Positions 10,101-21,051 of a stretch of DNA of 37,098 nt are shown here, piece after piece. The notes under the pieces are model-generated. The model was not told the DNA's origin, searched no databases, and worked only from the letters and a program-made list of their open reading frames with translations. This stretch comes from Sanchytrium tribonematis (taxonomy: Eukaryota). Position 1 is the stretch's first letter; every line of letters begins with the position of its first letter. The position numbers and the translations under genes were made by a program. Location: the NCBI GenBank assembly GCA_018985235.1, contig JADGIG010000031.1, positions 1 through 37,098 of the forward strand, in the 5' to 3' direction.

Positions 10101-11135
10101 CAAGTTGAATATGGCCAAAAAATTGAGAAACTCACCAGACATTCTGAAGGTGGCGATGAGATATCACAACTCTTGAATCAGGTTAATATGTTGAAATTGG
10201 AGTTGAGTGAAAAGTCTGATAAAATTCTAGCGTTGGAATCTAATGAAAATAGTGAAAATGAAAGAATGCCTGGGTTGCTTTTAGAAATTGAAAAGCTCAA
10301 GGATGAAATTGAGTTATTGAAAACCGAAAAAGACTCCATGTGCAATGAAATGAAGTCTGCTGATTTGGATAGCGAAATCGTTGTTTTGAAAGACAAATTG
10401 AAAGTTCAAACCGAAGAAAATGTTGATTTGCATGAGAAATTGACAGCTCTTAATAGCGAGCTGAACAGCAAATGCGCAAGAATGCAAGAAGAGATAACGA
10501 AACTAAATGACCAAGTTCAGGACTTAAATGATCAATTGGAAGAAAAAAAGAATGAGTTTTCATCACTCCAAGACAGTACGCGGAATGATTCAAGGGATAC
10601 GCCTGATTCCGAGAGTGAGATAAGTTTACTCAAAGCTGAAATTCAAGAACTTAATAGTGAAATCTTACTAAAAACTCAAAGCAACATGGATTTAAATAGT
10701 CAGCTGCAATCAGTTCTCGCAAAGCAATCACAGTTCGAAGAAACTCAAGTTGCTAAGACGGAGTTGGAAGACAAGGTCAGAAACCAAGATAAATCTTTAA
10801 CTGAACTACGACAAAAAATTAATCAATTTATTGCTGAAAAAGACGAGCTGAAATTACAAAATGAACAGTTTAAAAAGGATGTTTCTTCAATCACTTCAAA
10901 ATTTATGACACAGATTGATGAACTTAACAAGGATATGCAATTAAAACAAGATTTAGTTAAAGAGCAAAAGAAAGACATCAAAGATATGATTGCACAAATA
11001 GATCAGTTTAAAAAAACAAATTCAAAACTGAAGACCGAGAATGAGAAACTTAATGAAGACTTTAAGCAGCTCGAAGCTCAGCTTGATGATATCTTGCAGC
11101 GAAATATGGAACTTCAAATGAAATTGGCAGGTTAA
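7167..11135 (+). CDS. Large E/K/L/Q-rich coiled-coil protein with a short globular-looking N-terminal region; family unassigned
   Basis: Uninterrupted ~4 kb ORF with heptad-like composition. First ATG is 7167 (the track start is TTG). TGATTGG at 7119-7125. Confidence 0.85.
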   Translation: MFTFDARTFDFPHSSKGRDTALLRQQLKNIMYHLIYYDDPNCQILLILWECLFGNWSHFLKKDNDRIVIEVDSTALEKFYNAVQIKPLPKLIQISSRPIPPANAPSTGEIQNSSIEGDKADLPQLRLKYSHALKKLDKINQAHSKLQVKYHLSIEQLKAIYADTEALKADLSKLNPAMPDKTAKEYEYYMHVCRLLEHNLKLQITPRKESKMIMTDEAKIQGTGNEDTLVPKSGNDTSRLSTLLNDIENLESAFATDFPWTELDRNEYKVKELQVELDASSSKLKAAELKLVHFEQNKDTPARKESIQADPASIIKLTRELKQSQDELEKWDIQNQALKSESIKLNEMLKDKSETIAKYFDKIGSLEGKLLTFKRVKKENDELTQKIEELKLEIKSQDVDEGFQAENEKLKLAVTKLKALIVKYQEKIHQLERELKDVSTSSDFVDLKAKHDELSKQYDDLLSKQTEIFVNQNLTRSIAGTPNFTSEDSVTSSKNDSPVIHQYDSDDSTSQSTTEGQLISVPQPEDSPQKESIQHKLEKLNKMTKDMEDRKNSHDKAQRDLELQRMKHIEDVQELSDSFALKVEKLNLEIRECEDKIQQLEAKNKNLIESEERYIEQVQELTYLHKKDIVDQKELLSDTHNSEIEQLKISHALEIETITENLEKEFSFQKESLQSEHEVQLESLRKLHEMNLNDNCDKSKELITIEELKANHQKDLEYLQSSLTELKQNEVDAKEEFHSTQLQQITEKYNDSLNKLDLLIENHESEISKLKSDHLFELSQQSDSKQKELDDLESSHLEEMTALKLSHQEEMKVIMSRHENELFDLKSSETKQNQPREVDFDVDSPESMLDVEEKKTDPEVLLADLSKKHKDEIETLIEKHLSQIEEKTKELQVAHQSIDDLQKQLENGKSMRKQLNQQAKEIEGLKQQIQQSTVSIQPTEDELLKNIDSQDKEIEKLVDRVMELEEQIEELENDKIRIQVEYGQKIEKLTRHSEGGDEISQLLNQVNMLKLELSEKSDKILALESNENSENERMPGLLLEIEKLKDEIELLKTEKDSMCNEMKSADLDSEIVVLKDKLKVQTEENVDLHEKLTALNSELNSKCARMQEEITKLNDQVQDLNDQLEEKKNEFSSLQDSTRNDSRDTPDSESEISLLKAEIQELNSEILLKTQSNMDLNSQLQSVLAKQSQFEETQVAKTELEDKVRNQDKSLTELRQKINQFIAEKDELKLQNEQFKKDVSSITSKFMTQIDELNKDMQLKQDLVKEQKKDIKDMIAQIDQFKKTNSKLKTENEKLNEDFKQLEAQLDDILQRNMELQMKLAG

Positions 11136-11180
11136 CATTTACATTTTGTACAAATAAATATTAAATAACTGAAACCTCCT

Positions 11181-11867
11181 ATGAATTTGGATTCTTCGCT
11201 TCGTAATGACGTACTTTTGCCATTGACAGCCATTATTATATTAATACAATTAATCAGAACTAAATTGCAGAGTATTCCCACGAAAAGTAAAATTCCACTC
11301 TCTCAGGTTAGAAAACAAGGCATTCAAATTCTTGTAAAGCAATGTGGTTCAGCTGTACCATATATTGCTGCAAAAATCAAGAGCCAGTTGCTATGGGAAT
11401 TAGATCAAGAGAAGCCAGCAGAAAACCAAGACCCGCTGGATCAATTGGTTCAGCAGCAACAGTCAATGCAAGGAATGATGTCTGGCATGAAAGGAAACAT
11501 GATGTTTATTATTCCCCAAAGTGTACTTTTTGGTTGGATTAATTGGAGCTTCAGTGAATTTGTCTTACTGCAAGTGCCTTTCTTGCTTCCAAACGTTTTG
11601 GGCGAAATGTTGCAGCGTGGAATTAATGCATACCTACCAAACGAATTTGTTAGTGCTCTTAGCTGGTATTTTTTAAATGTTTTTGCCAGTAGCTATGTTT
11701 TGGCTTTGATAACTGGATTTGATGTCACAATTTCCAGTGAAATGCCGATGATGATGCCAGCTATGCCTGGTCAAGAAAAAAAAGAGAAAGAGACGATAGA
11801 AGCTTTACATTTGACCAAAACTGATATGGACAAATTATACGACATGGTAATAAAAGAATTATCATAA
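11181..11867 (+). CDS. EMC3: ER membrane protein complex subunit 3 (DUF106 family)
   Basis: LDSSLRNDVLLPL, MKGNMMFIIPQSVLFGWINWSFS, VPF.L, MLQRGI, VSALSWYFLN. Confidence 0.92.
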   Translation: MNLDSSLRNDVLLPLTAIIILIQLIRTKLQSIPTKSKIPLSQVRKQGIQILVKQCGSAVPYIAAKIKSQLLWELDQEKPAENQDPLDQLVQQQQSMQGMMSGMKGNMMFIIPQSVLFGWINWSFSEFVLLQVPFLLPNVLGEMLQRGINAYLPNEFVSALSWYFLNVFASSYVLALITGFDVTISSEMPMMMPAMPGQEKKEKETIEALHLTKTDMDKLYDMVIKELS

Positions 11868-11870
11868 TAT

Positions 11871-12560
11871 TTACTCCACTAAAGTGTGTTCTAAACATAA
11901 ATATAGGTAAATGCCACCGAAGACATGCCATAGAGGGTGGAAAGGCGCGATTTGTAATTTGTCTAGTAAATAACAGCTGATAGCAATGATTCCCACGAAT
12001 AACGCGAAGTAATCTCCCGCAATGAGTAAAACTATTCCTTGTGAAAATGCACCTATTCCCATAGTTGGAATGACAACATGAGAAGTCTTCCTCCAATTGT
12101 AGCCATATAACGCAATGAGCCCTATCACTGCAAATGTCGATACATGGTCAAACATAGAGTCCCTCAAATTATATTTATGAGAGATAATTGCTAAACAAAC
12201 AATATAATTCGCAATAGCAGCGCAGCATACATCCATTGTGCTAGTTATACAATACAGAGTGGCATGATAGATCGTACTCATTATTCCAGCAATGACGCTT
12301 GCTGCTATAGCTTGGTAGGTTAAGGAGTGTAATGTATCTTCTTGAAAGTAAAATATTAAGGGAATTGCAAAAAAGGGACTAGTAACGGTGCAATAAAACT
12401 CTTTAATATACCTAGAGTGCTCATTTTTACATTCCATTGACACACAAGGTGTCGTGGTAAACATGTCATGTTTTACTTGCTCAAAGTAAGTTAATTCAGA
12501 TTTTATGTTCGATGTTTTTAATGCTTCATTTAAAATAGGTTGAGTGCGTTTCTTTATCAT
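11871..12560 (-). CDS. Alkaline ceramidase-like CREST-superfamily membrane hydrolase
   Basis: EC.NEHSRYIKEFYCTVTS resembles CEENY..S.YIAEFWNT.S. It has SxxxH (STIYHATL), HxxxH (FHPLWHVF) and several TM segments. Confidence 0.8.
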   Translation of the reverse strand: MIKKRTQPILNEALKTSNIKSELTYFEQVKHDMFTTTPCVSMECKNEHSRYIKEFYCTVTSPFFAIPLIFYFQEDTLHSLTYQAIAASVIAGIMSTIYHATLYCITSTMDVCCAAIANYIVCLAIISHKYNLRDSMFDHVSTFAVIGLIALYGYNWRKTSHVVIPTMGIGAFSQGIVLLIAGDYFALFVGIIAISCYLLDKLQIAPFHPLWHVFGGIYLYLCLEHTLVE

Positions 12561-12615
12561 CGCGACTCTTTTTTTTCAAAAATGGGTTTTCCGCGATGGC
12601 TTGTGCGAATCGCGA
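12560..12615. promoter_or_regulatory. Cluster of three CGCGA motifs immediately upstream of the ceramidase-like gene
   Basis: TCGCGA 12560-12565, CCGCGA 12591-12596 and TCGCGA 12610-12615, in an 80-nt AT-rich spacer. Confidence 0.4.
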
Positions 12616-12640
12616 TTTTATCTGTGAAATCAATATTTTA

Positions 12641-15524
12641 TTAAGTGAGTAGTTTGAGATACTGTGGTTTGTAATTCCAGCACAGAAAATAGCTTCTAAA
12701 TTGTAAAGATTCGCGCCCTTCTTCTTCTATTATTATCGGAGCTCCCTGACGAGAACCAGTTTCCTTTTTTTTCCGCATATTCATAATATTCCTTAGATTT
12801 TCCATCCTTTGAACTGCGTATGGTGATATCTGATTTCCTTCAACTGCATTGGTGTACTGCTGCACTTGGTGTTGTATAACGGCTTCTGTTTTGTCGCTAC
12901 TACTGGATTTAGTGATCACACTTTCTGGTTTTAATGAAATTTTGTCGGCTGTCTCTGGCCTTGAAGTATCTTCTTTCAAAGACGATGCGCTCCTTCTGGT
13001 TCTTAATTCGTTTAATTTCTCTTGTGAGTAGCTAAACGCTATTAATTTTTTTTCTAAAATTTCAGAAATACTTCTGTCATCAAAATTATCTTTAAATCTT
13101 AATTTTAAGAGTTCATGGACCCCAATTCTAAATTGATGCCCAGTGCGACTTCCCATCCATAAGTGGCATGGCCTGGGAGACCCACAATCAATTAGAATTA
13201 TTTTTTCTTGGTCTAGAATTGATTGAGCAAGCCCAGTATATACGACAGTCAGTTCAATAGCTCTACAATCAACCAATCCTTTTGTCATCTCAAATACTAA
13301 AACAACAGGGAAAGGATTGGCCTGGGATTCGTTGCTAGCACCATATTCGCCTTTTCCTTTTAATGAATTCCAAAACGCATCAGTTTCTTTTTTCTCTGTT
13401 AAATAAGTAAGTGACGTTTTTCCAAGTATGACTTTTTCAATATCTACAGACGCTTTTGCTTCGTTATCAAGAAATCTAATCATATCATTTGCAGCTTCAA
13501 TGGCAAGTTTGTTTTCAGCCTTAGATGCACCACTTCCGGTCCAAATAGATGCCTGCTGACCATCTAATAGTAAATATACATATCTGCTACATAGACTTTG
13601 GGCTTCAAAATCTGTTTGAATCATTTTGACGCTTTTCATTGAAGGCTCAACAAAAAATTTAAACAACTTTTTTCGTATTTCTGGAGCATTGAAATATTTT
13701 ATATTGAATTTCAAAGACTGCTGTAGCAATATTGGCTCCTCAAAGGAGAAGACCCTTTCCATAGACGATTTGGTATGAAATTGCTGCTCTAAAAATTCTT
13801 TTAGGTCTTTTCCACTTGTATTTAAAAATTTGGACCACTTGATCGTACTACGCTGCCTTGATTGCCAATAATAAAGATGTATATTAATTTCGTCGTCGTC
13901 TTCCTCTTCCTCGTCATCATCTTTTCGGACTTTGGGTATTTGATACACTATGACAAAAACATAAGTATCATCTAAATTTAAAAATCCCTCCAAAGCCGCC
14001 TTGTATTTTACACAAGTAATATCATCTAATACCTTATAGCACTCTAGCGCAACTATGTTGATTTTACGTGGTGTAATTTGAGTATATGTCATATCTTTCA
14101 GACTCTTGTAAATTGCAGTTGAATTTTCATTATGAAGAGGTTTAAATTTAATATCTGGTTTTTTAATGTCAATTCGATCATACCAATCTGGAAATTTTAA
14201 CCGAAATAGTTCAGGTTCAAATCCCTCGAAAACTTTTCCGACAACCATCCACATTGGCCTAACTTGACTTCTCATACATGCTTTAAAACATTCCATTGCT
14301 TCTTCGATGTGGTATTTGTTGCATTTTTCGCCAATCCAAAGGTACAGCTCAACTGTGTTATCTAGGACAAAGCATTGATTTGTTTTTAGGTGTTTTTTTG
14401 TCAATGGTGGTTTTACTAGACAGTCCATCAAATCTTCTGTTTCTTCATCAATTCTAAATAAATATAAATTACATATATCCGATGTGACTTTGCGCAGCCT
14501 CGTACCAGTCTTTATCATTTAACATAATCAAGGACTGCAAACTTGCCATATTTTGCTTTGAGTGGTATACTTGCAGGCTATTTTCGACCTGCTCATCGTC
14601 TACTTCATTTAATGACTGCTTGGATAATTCCTCTGATTCGTTTTTGATGGGCAACAATTCTCGAAAGTCTCTAGGCTCAAAATCTTCTTCGATAACTTTT
14701 ATTTCTAGTTTTCCGCCTCGATTGTATTTTATAGTATTTGCAATCATAAAAGTTTTTGATTTTTCAACTAATGTCGCCTGCTCACCTTGCCATACATATA
14801 TAATTGTACCACAATCTATTATAAAAGCTCCGTCCGTTGTCAAAGAGTTCCGAAAAGGAGCCACTAAAATTCCTTGTGGATTCTTCTTTCCCACAATTTT
14901 GTATACTCGAATAAAATTATCGTCAATTCTGGGTTTTAAAGAACTTGGAACTGAATTCTCTTGATCATATTCGACAGAGAGACCATATATTTCTTCCCCG
15001 TCAAAATACTCTTCAGTTCGAAATATTTGCAAAAGTGCTCGGCAACCGACTGCCCATATAGTGGAACTAGTTTTTTTGTCAGCGGTTGCATTTGGGCCAA
15101 TCCATTTGCAAAATTTAACTTCTTCTCCTTCGGCTTTGAACAGTAGATAAGCATCGTATATGTTGAGTATAGAATAAGGGTAAGGGTTTGGAATCATATC
15201 TTCTATCCTATAAATATGTACACCTTCTTTTTTAACTTCTTCCATGTTAATATATATGCTTGTGTCAAGCATTAGTTGTTGGTGAAAGGTCAAGGGCTCA
15301 TCTTTTTCAATCACTTCTGCTGTTCTTCCTGCGGTGATGTATCTATTTTCTTGGATCACTGGAGAATTAATATTCGGCTCCGGTTTCTTTTTCAGTAACA
15401 TTTTGTCCATAACCGCGTTCTTCTTTACTTTAGGAAAATACGGCTTCTTTTTCTTGCTTCTATTTGTGTTTAAATCAAAGCTGACCTTTATTTCGTCAAT
15501 GGGTTGTAAAATTTTGTTTTTCAT
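12641..15524 (-). CDS. Flightless-I-like gelsolin-repeat protein without LRRs; two exons (15524-14473, 14453-12641), 954 aa
   Basis: WIGPNATADKKTSSTIWAVGCRALL, RVYKIVGKKN, IYVWQGEQAT and an acidic run before HLYYWQSR resemble the FLII gelsolin repeats as I recall them. Removing the 19-nt intron joins the two track ORFs in frame (SHIGYI-IDEETED). Confidence 0.85.
14454..14472 (-). other. 19-nt spliceosomal intron (phase 2)
   Basis: GTAATTTATATTTATTTAG. Removal fuses ORFs 14469..15524 and 12641..14518. Confidence 0.88.
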
Positions 15525-15859
15525 GTCGTGATGAAATGGGTAATTGTGGATGAAAAGTTATTTGTGTTGATGTAGAACAGCTTAGACGTGTATATAATAA
15601 ATAATACTTTGGATTAATGGTTGCAATGTATGAAACTATGATATTCAAGTTTTTTTATCAAATTTAAGGGGCATTCTGGAAAGTCTTAATTTTCGCGACA
15701 CCACTTTTCTGTTGTTCGATTATTTTGGGAAATTTATAAGTTTATTAAACAACAGGTTTAGCTCAACGTAGTGTATAGTGCTATGAGTCGCGAATGTTTA
15801 TATTCTTAGAATGACCAGTTGCTATTGAACCACTTCCATCTTTTAGGTCAATTGAATTG

Positions 15860-17650
15860 ATGATCCATCAATTTCAAAAGCTACTGATTCTCATTATAAC
15901 TGTCACATTTTATAGCAGGCTTCTTGATTATTCAACTACAGCGCAGTTGGCACTTCGATTGGAGAATCTGGATTTTAAAAAATATGTTATAGAAAACGTG
16001 GATTACGTGAAACTCGATAATACCATTTGCATCGTATCTTATCAAGATTACTCACAATATGGTCAATCATTTATAATAAAAGATACCGTCTTTGACGAAG
16101 AAAATAATCAGATCAATTTTGAAGACATGTTCAAGCTAGATTGCACCCATTTATTATATCTGAATAAATTGAGATTGAGAAAGGATCCTCGTTCATTATT
16201 AGAGGGACAATATGGAGTAAGCGAAATGCTGTTATTTGCTTCTGTTGAATTTGGTTTTCTCATCAATATTAGACGCTACAGAATTCAATTTAGCAGAGAA
16301 ATACTATTAAATGGTATATTTAAAAGTACTCAGGACACAGCAACTCTTTTGGGAAACGATATTTTGCAGTTTTGTGGAAATTCCTTGGCATTTGGAGAAA
16401 AATTAGAATTGATTTATACTAAAAACGAATTCGTATACTCGGAAGCAACGCATTCAATTTCTAATGTTAAGTTTCTAGATGTCATTGAAGATGATTACGG
16501 CTGCTGGAACACTAATAATAAGATACCTAGCAGGCTTGATGAATCAATTACCTTATTTGAAATTAGTCATTGTGATGTTGAAAATCGAGATGGTGTTAAT
16601 GATCTGCCACACAACTGGGAGTGGGAACCGAGACAGGAATACATCGACAAAGCCAAAGAAGAATTAAACAGATATATATCCAGTATAAAAAATACGGAAG
16701 CACCAAAGAATAAAGGAACAGGCATTGTGACCCTGGCATATGATCAGTCTTTTGATTTGGTTTATAATAATATTCAATTCCTTAGAAATTCTTCAGTGAC
16801 ACTTTTAGATAAAAGTATAACTGAGTTGCCGATTCAGATATTTCACAACCAAGAGTTATCAGAAGATAAAATTATAAAACTGCAAAATGTAAGGAATGTT
16901 AAAGTATTATCATTTAAAGATATTGACAAACAAATTGAAGTTTTAGAGTATGATAAGGGAAAGAATTATCACTATAAAATTTCAGCATTGATAGCGACCA
17001 GTTTCGAAAATGTGTTATTTCTAGATAGCGACTCAATTCCAATGTCTGATCCTGTCGAACTTTTTCAAACAAGAGAATATAAAGAGACTGGCTTGATGCT
17101 TTGGCCAGACATGTGGAGAACGGATCCATTTAACCCAATCTATGAAGTTTTGGATCTCAAATGCATCAACGAACAAGAGATAGAAAGTGGCCAGTTTTTA
17201 ATCAATACCAAAAGTCATTTTCAAACCATTTTGCTTGCGCAAAATATCCTAAGGGATAAAGATACTTGGTATCGTCTGTTGTTCGGAGACAAAGACATAT
17301 TGAAATGGGCAGCTAGATATCTTAGAAAACCCTTGTTTTTAGAGCCTGAGTTCCCCAAATCGTTGGGGTTTGAAGTCCAGGGCTTTTATTGTGGTCAATC
17401 TATTGTACATAGTTTCGACGGTCGAAATAGGTTCATGCACTCAAACTTGTTAAAGCATTCTGAAGATATTAGGAGATGGAATTTTAATGGGTATCATTAT
17501 TACCTCGACGGTTGCAAAATTACTCCAAAATTTTATATGTTAAATAATTGGGAATGTGTTTCATTTGACAACGGCTTTTGGAGCAATAATTTAGTGTCAA
17601 TGCAGCCGTTTTTGGATGCATATCTTGATTTTAGGAATATCAAGGAATAA
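15860..17650 (+). CDS. GT71 (Mnn2/Mnn1-type) alpha-mannosyltransferase, type II membrane protein
   Basis: N-terminal signal anchor; GTGIVTLA, LPIQIFH, YKISALIATSFENVLFLDSDSIP, YKETGLMLWPDMW, ESGQFLINTKSH, GDKDI, FMHSNLLK. Confidence 0.9.
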   Translation: MIHQFQKLLILIITVTFYSRLLDYSTTAQLALRLENLDFKKYVIENVDYVKLDNTICIVSYQDYSQYGQSFIIKDTVFDEENNQINFEDMFKLDCTHLLYLNKLRLRKDPRSLLEGQYGVSEMLLFASVEFGFLINIRRYRIQFSREILLNGIFKSTQDTATLLGNDILQFCGNSLAFGEKLELIYTKNEFVYSEATHSISNVKFLDVIEDDYGCWNTNNKIPSRLDESITLFEISHCDVENRDGVNDLPHNWEWEPRQEYIDKAKEELNRYISSIKNTEAPKNKGTGIVTLAYDQSFDLVYNNIQFLRNSSVTLLDKSITELPIQIFHNQELSEDKIIKLQNVRNVKVLSFKDIDKQIEVLEYDKGKNYHYKISALIATSFENVLFLDSDSIPMSDPVELFQTREYKETGLMLWPDMWRTDPFNPIYEVLDLKCINEQEIESGQFLINTKSHFQTILLAQNILRDKDTWYRLLFGDKDILKWAARYLRKPLFLEPEFPKSLGFEVQGFYCGQSIVHSFDGRNRFMHSNLLKHSEDIRRWNFNGYHYYLDGCKITPKFYMLNNWECVSFDNGFWSNNLVSMQPFLDAYLDFRNIKE

Positions 17651-17724
17651 ATTAAATTATGGTTTAACATGTTTTAAAATCCTTAAAAGTAAAAATTCCC
17701 CAACGTTTTACCATTTAAAAAAAT

Positions 17725-20700
17725 ATGAGTGATCTTAAGAAAGATAAGTTGCGAGCCGACACGGCAGCAATGGACTTGATGAGTACTTTTGAATCACTTC
17801 ATTTGAATGATCAGTTTATTGAAGTCGCTAACATTGCCTGTAATATCGTAAGTACATCAACAAATAACGTTTTATCAATAGCGATCGAAGAGGCCAAAAA
17901 ATTGCATCAATTGTACGAGCAATGGCTGCTCAAAGATCTTCCTCTAAGAGAGAAAGTTTATAAGTTAGTCACGACTTTAAGTAATTTAACAAGACAAGCC
18001 CAATTTGTTGCTAAGAAAGAGTCACCACCTATTGTTATTTACAATAATACCCAAAGCGGTGTAAGAAATTTTCTTAATGATACTGCGTTTCCGCAAAATC
18101 ACTTTTTACCAAAATCAGGCAAAGTTATATCAATCGCAACGTGTAAATCGCAAGTCGATATTAGAAATTTTAACACTACAGACGTTAATTTTGAATGGGA
18201 TATATTGTATAGCGATTGTGTCAAGGGAAATTTAAGATCAATTTTTAACGATTATGAAAAAGTATTTGCTTTTATGGCACAAAATATTATGTCCCCCACT
18301 TTCGATTTTTGCAATTGTCATGCAAAAATTCTAGACTTTCATAAAGCTGTCAATTTGGTCTGTATACCACAGCAATCAAAAAACTCAGCATTTTTATTAT
18401 TTCTACAGGAAGACAATAACGAGGTCAATTACGAAAGTGCTCTATGCCATCTGTGCGAGCAAACTATACCCATTAATCATTTTGAAGAGCATGATAGGCT
18501 ATGCAGTAGTGAGCAGAGAGCCTCAATGGACCTTCAATTATGTGACGAAGAAATTAAAGAATTTACACAGTCTATTAAAATGTTGGAGTCGAATATAACA
18601 GAAGCCTCCGCATCAAATTTGAGCAACACATCTCTAACAAACAAGTACATTGAAGGTTGCGAATATTTGTTGTTAGTTATTCAGCTCAATAAGAAATTGC
18701 AAATACCCGAAGATTTAAAATTAAATGGCGACCTTCAGATCGAGTACTTATATACCAATAGTAATGAAAACGTTTTTTCAACTAATAATATTATATATAT
18801 AAATTGTCCAAAAAAACTCATGGAATTTATCAATAACGACTATCTTTCTGTAAAGGATTACACTGATATATATGAACTTGGTCTCGAAGTCAGAAGGCTA
18901 TTGCAAATGAAAATGGACCTTATCAAGTTGGTTATTCACAAAAGATTTGAGATTCATCAACTGAGTACAAAATTTGACGTTACGCCTATTAAGAGGGAAA
19001 AAAAGAAGAATTTAAAAATTGTAACAAATATCAAGAAACCCATTAATTTTGTCAAATCTCCCATTAAACCTCAAATGGAGGTCCTAAATCCTCCAAATAT
19101 AAGAGACTTTAAAGTTATAAAGCCCATTAGCAAGGGTGCCTATGGTTGTGTTGTTCTTGCTTCAAAAAATTCTACCAATGAAATATATGCTATTAAGGTC
19201 TTAAATAAGTTGGACATGATTCATCGAAATCAGGTCAACAATATTAAAAGTGAAAGACTGATACTCATGGCCCAATTTAATAGTCCTTTTGTTGCAAAAC
19301 TATATTATTCTTTTCAGACCTTAAAGTATCTTTATTTTGTAATGGAATACCTTCCGGGAGGAGATATGGCTAGTTTAATAAAACAGCTTAAGTCTCTCCC
19401 GATACATTGGATTGAAATTTATTCTGCAGAGATTGCTATGGGTTTGGACTACTTGCACTTTAATCATATCGTCCACCGAGACTTAAAACCTGATAACATT
19501 CTTATTGATGCAAATGGTCACTCTAAATTAACTGATTTCGGCTTAAGTCGAATCGAAATTAACAATTCCAATCCCATCAATCAGTTTTTGTCGCCACCAG
19601 TTGAGGATTCACCACAAAGTCCGACAGGAAGACGAGAATCTAATCTTTTCAATAATGTTTTACTTAGTCACAGTAGAAGAAGCTCAATTACAAGTAGCTT
19701 TTCTGACGACAAAAAACGCAAATCGTTGCTCGACTCGCCGATTATGTCCCCAATTCTGAATTTGCGACATTCGCAGAGCAACCACTCTTTGTTTGCCAGT
19801 GTCGATAGTTCTAGTACAACAATTAAGGGATTTGTTGGAACGCCCGATTACATTTCTCCTGAAGCTATAATGGGAATTCAGGTCGAAGACGTCATGGGTG
19901 ATTGGTGGAGTATGGGCTGCATACTTTTTGAATTTCATTATGGAGTACCCCCTTTCAATGCTGAAAATGTGGAGAAAGTTTTTGAAAATATTATAAATCG
20001 AGCGTTGGAATTCGATGAAGATATTGATCCCGATTTTAAGGATTTGGTGGACAAGTTGCTTGCTTGGAACCCCGAAAGTAGGCTTGGAAAGATGGGAATT
20101 TCAGAGATTAAAAACCACCACTTTTACAAAATTGACTGGGATACACTAGTGGACTCAGATGGACCATTTGTTCCGCAAGTAGATTCGCTTGATACCTCTT
20201 ATTTTGATTCCAGAGGATCAGAACTCGATTCAGATATGTTCAATCCCAATGAGGAGGATCTAGCAACAATGAGTAGTCTCAGTGATGTGCAGGAGAGTAG
20301 TACCCCAAGTGATTTTGGAAGTTTTATCTATAAAAATTTAAGCTTACTGGAAAAGCAAAACGAAAAAACAATTTTGAAAATCAAACAAAGCCCAAATGTA
20401 CTTCCTACAAAAATTAAATCCTCTCGAAATTCATCTCCAGTAAATGAATTTGATAAAAGGAAAAGTGCCCAATTAGGTGAAGAAATTCAGCAAATTAGAC
20501 GACCAAGCAGATTACGCGAGAGTGTTTTAGTTGAAAACAAAAGCGAGCATGTCTTAATTATTGATAGCAATCCAATAACTTTGAGAATTCTTAAAGCGCT
20601 ATATACACGAATGAATATAAAATGCACCTTATGCATCGAAGAAAGTAGCGGTATTCGACAAATTCTAGATGGCCCATCATTTAGTCATATACTAATCGGC

Positions 20701-20914
20701 ATTGACTTAATTCATGGTAAAAAAAATTTACATAGTGGGTGCAAATACAATTGCCAATATTGTCAAGTGCGTGAAAAATAACAGCATGAATGCAGACTTG
20801 ATGATTTTAGCTTCACCTTATGACGCAGAAGAAGTTTCTCCATTATTCACTGAGACACTAATCAAGCCAATAACTTTTGATGACATCAAGGCTGTTCATT
20901 TCACTGATGACTAA
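17725..20914 (+). CDS. RIM15: Rim15/Cek1 (Greatwall-type) AGC kinase with C2HC finger and C-terminal receiver-like domain; two exons (17725-20716, 20736-20914), 1056 aa
   Basis: CHLCE...[38 protein letters not shown], then a long insert, then [40 protein letters not shown]. Splicing restores the end of the receiver fold ([10 protein letters not shown]). Confidence 0.88.
20717..20735 (+). other. 19-nt spliceosomal intron (phase 1)
   Basis: GTAAAAAAAATTTACATAG. Removal gives [16 protein letters not shown], in frame with ORF 20714..20914. Confidence 0.85.
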
Positions 20915-21051
20915 ATGTTCCGGAAAATCACATGCTCATTTAGACATCGATTTGACCGACAAAAGATCGAATCTATTTTTTGATTGTAACAAAAAAATAA
21001 ATATATATTTGGCATCTCCTTATGTTAAATTGTTTCAAGTTTTGAAATTTT

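Noticed and set aside
7167..11135. Specific naming of the coiled-coil protein (myosin, SMC, golgin, Uso1)
   Set aside because: No motor, Walker A/B, GRIP or other diagnostic motif is visible.
15525..15859. snRNA or C/D snoRNA in the largest spacer (GTGATGA near 15528)
   Set aside because: No matching D box (CTGA) or terminal stem, and no U1/U2/U5/U6 signature was seen here or in other spacers.
20915..20983. 22-codon ORF starting immediately after the RIM15 stop (TAAATG)
   Set aside because: Too short and without supporting signals; likely chance.
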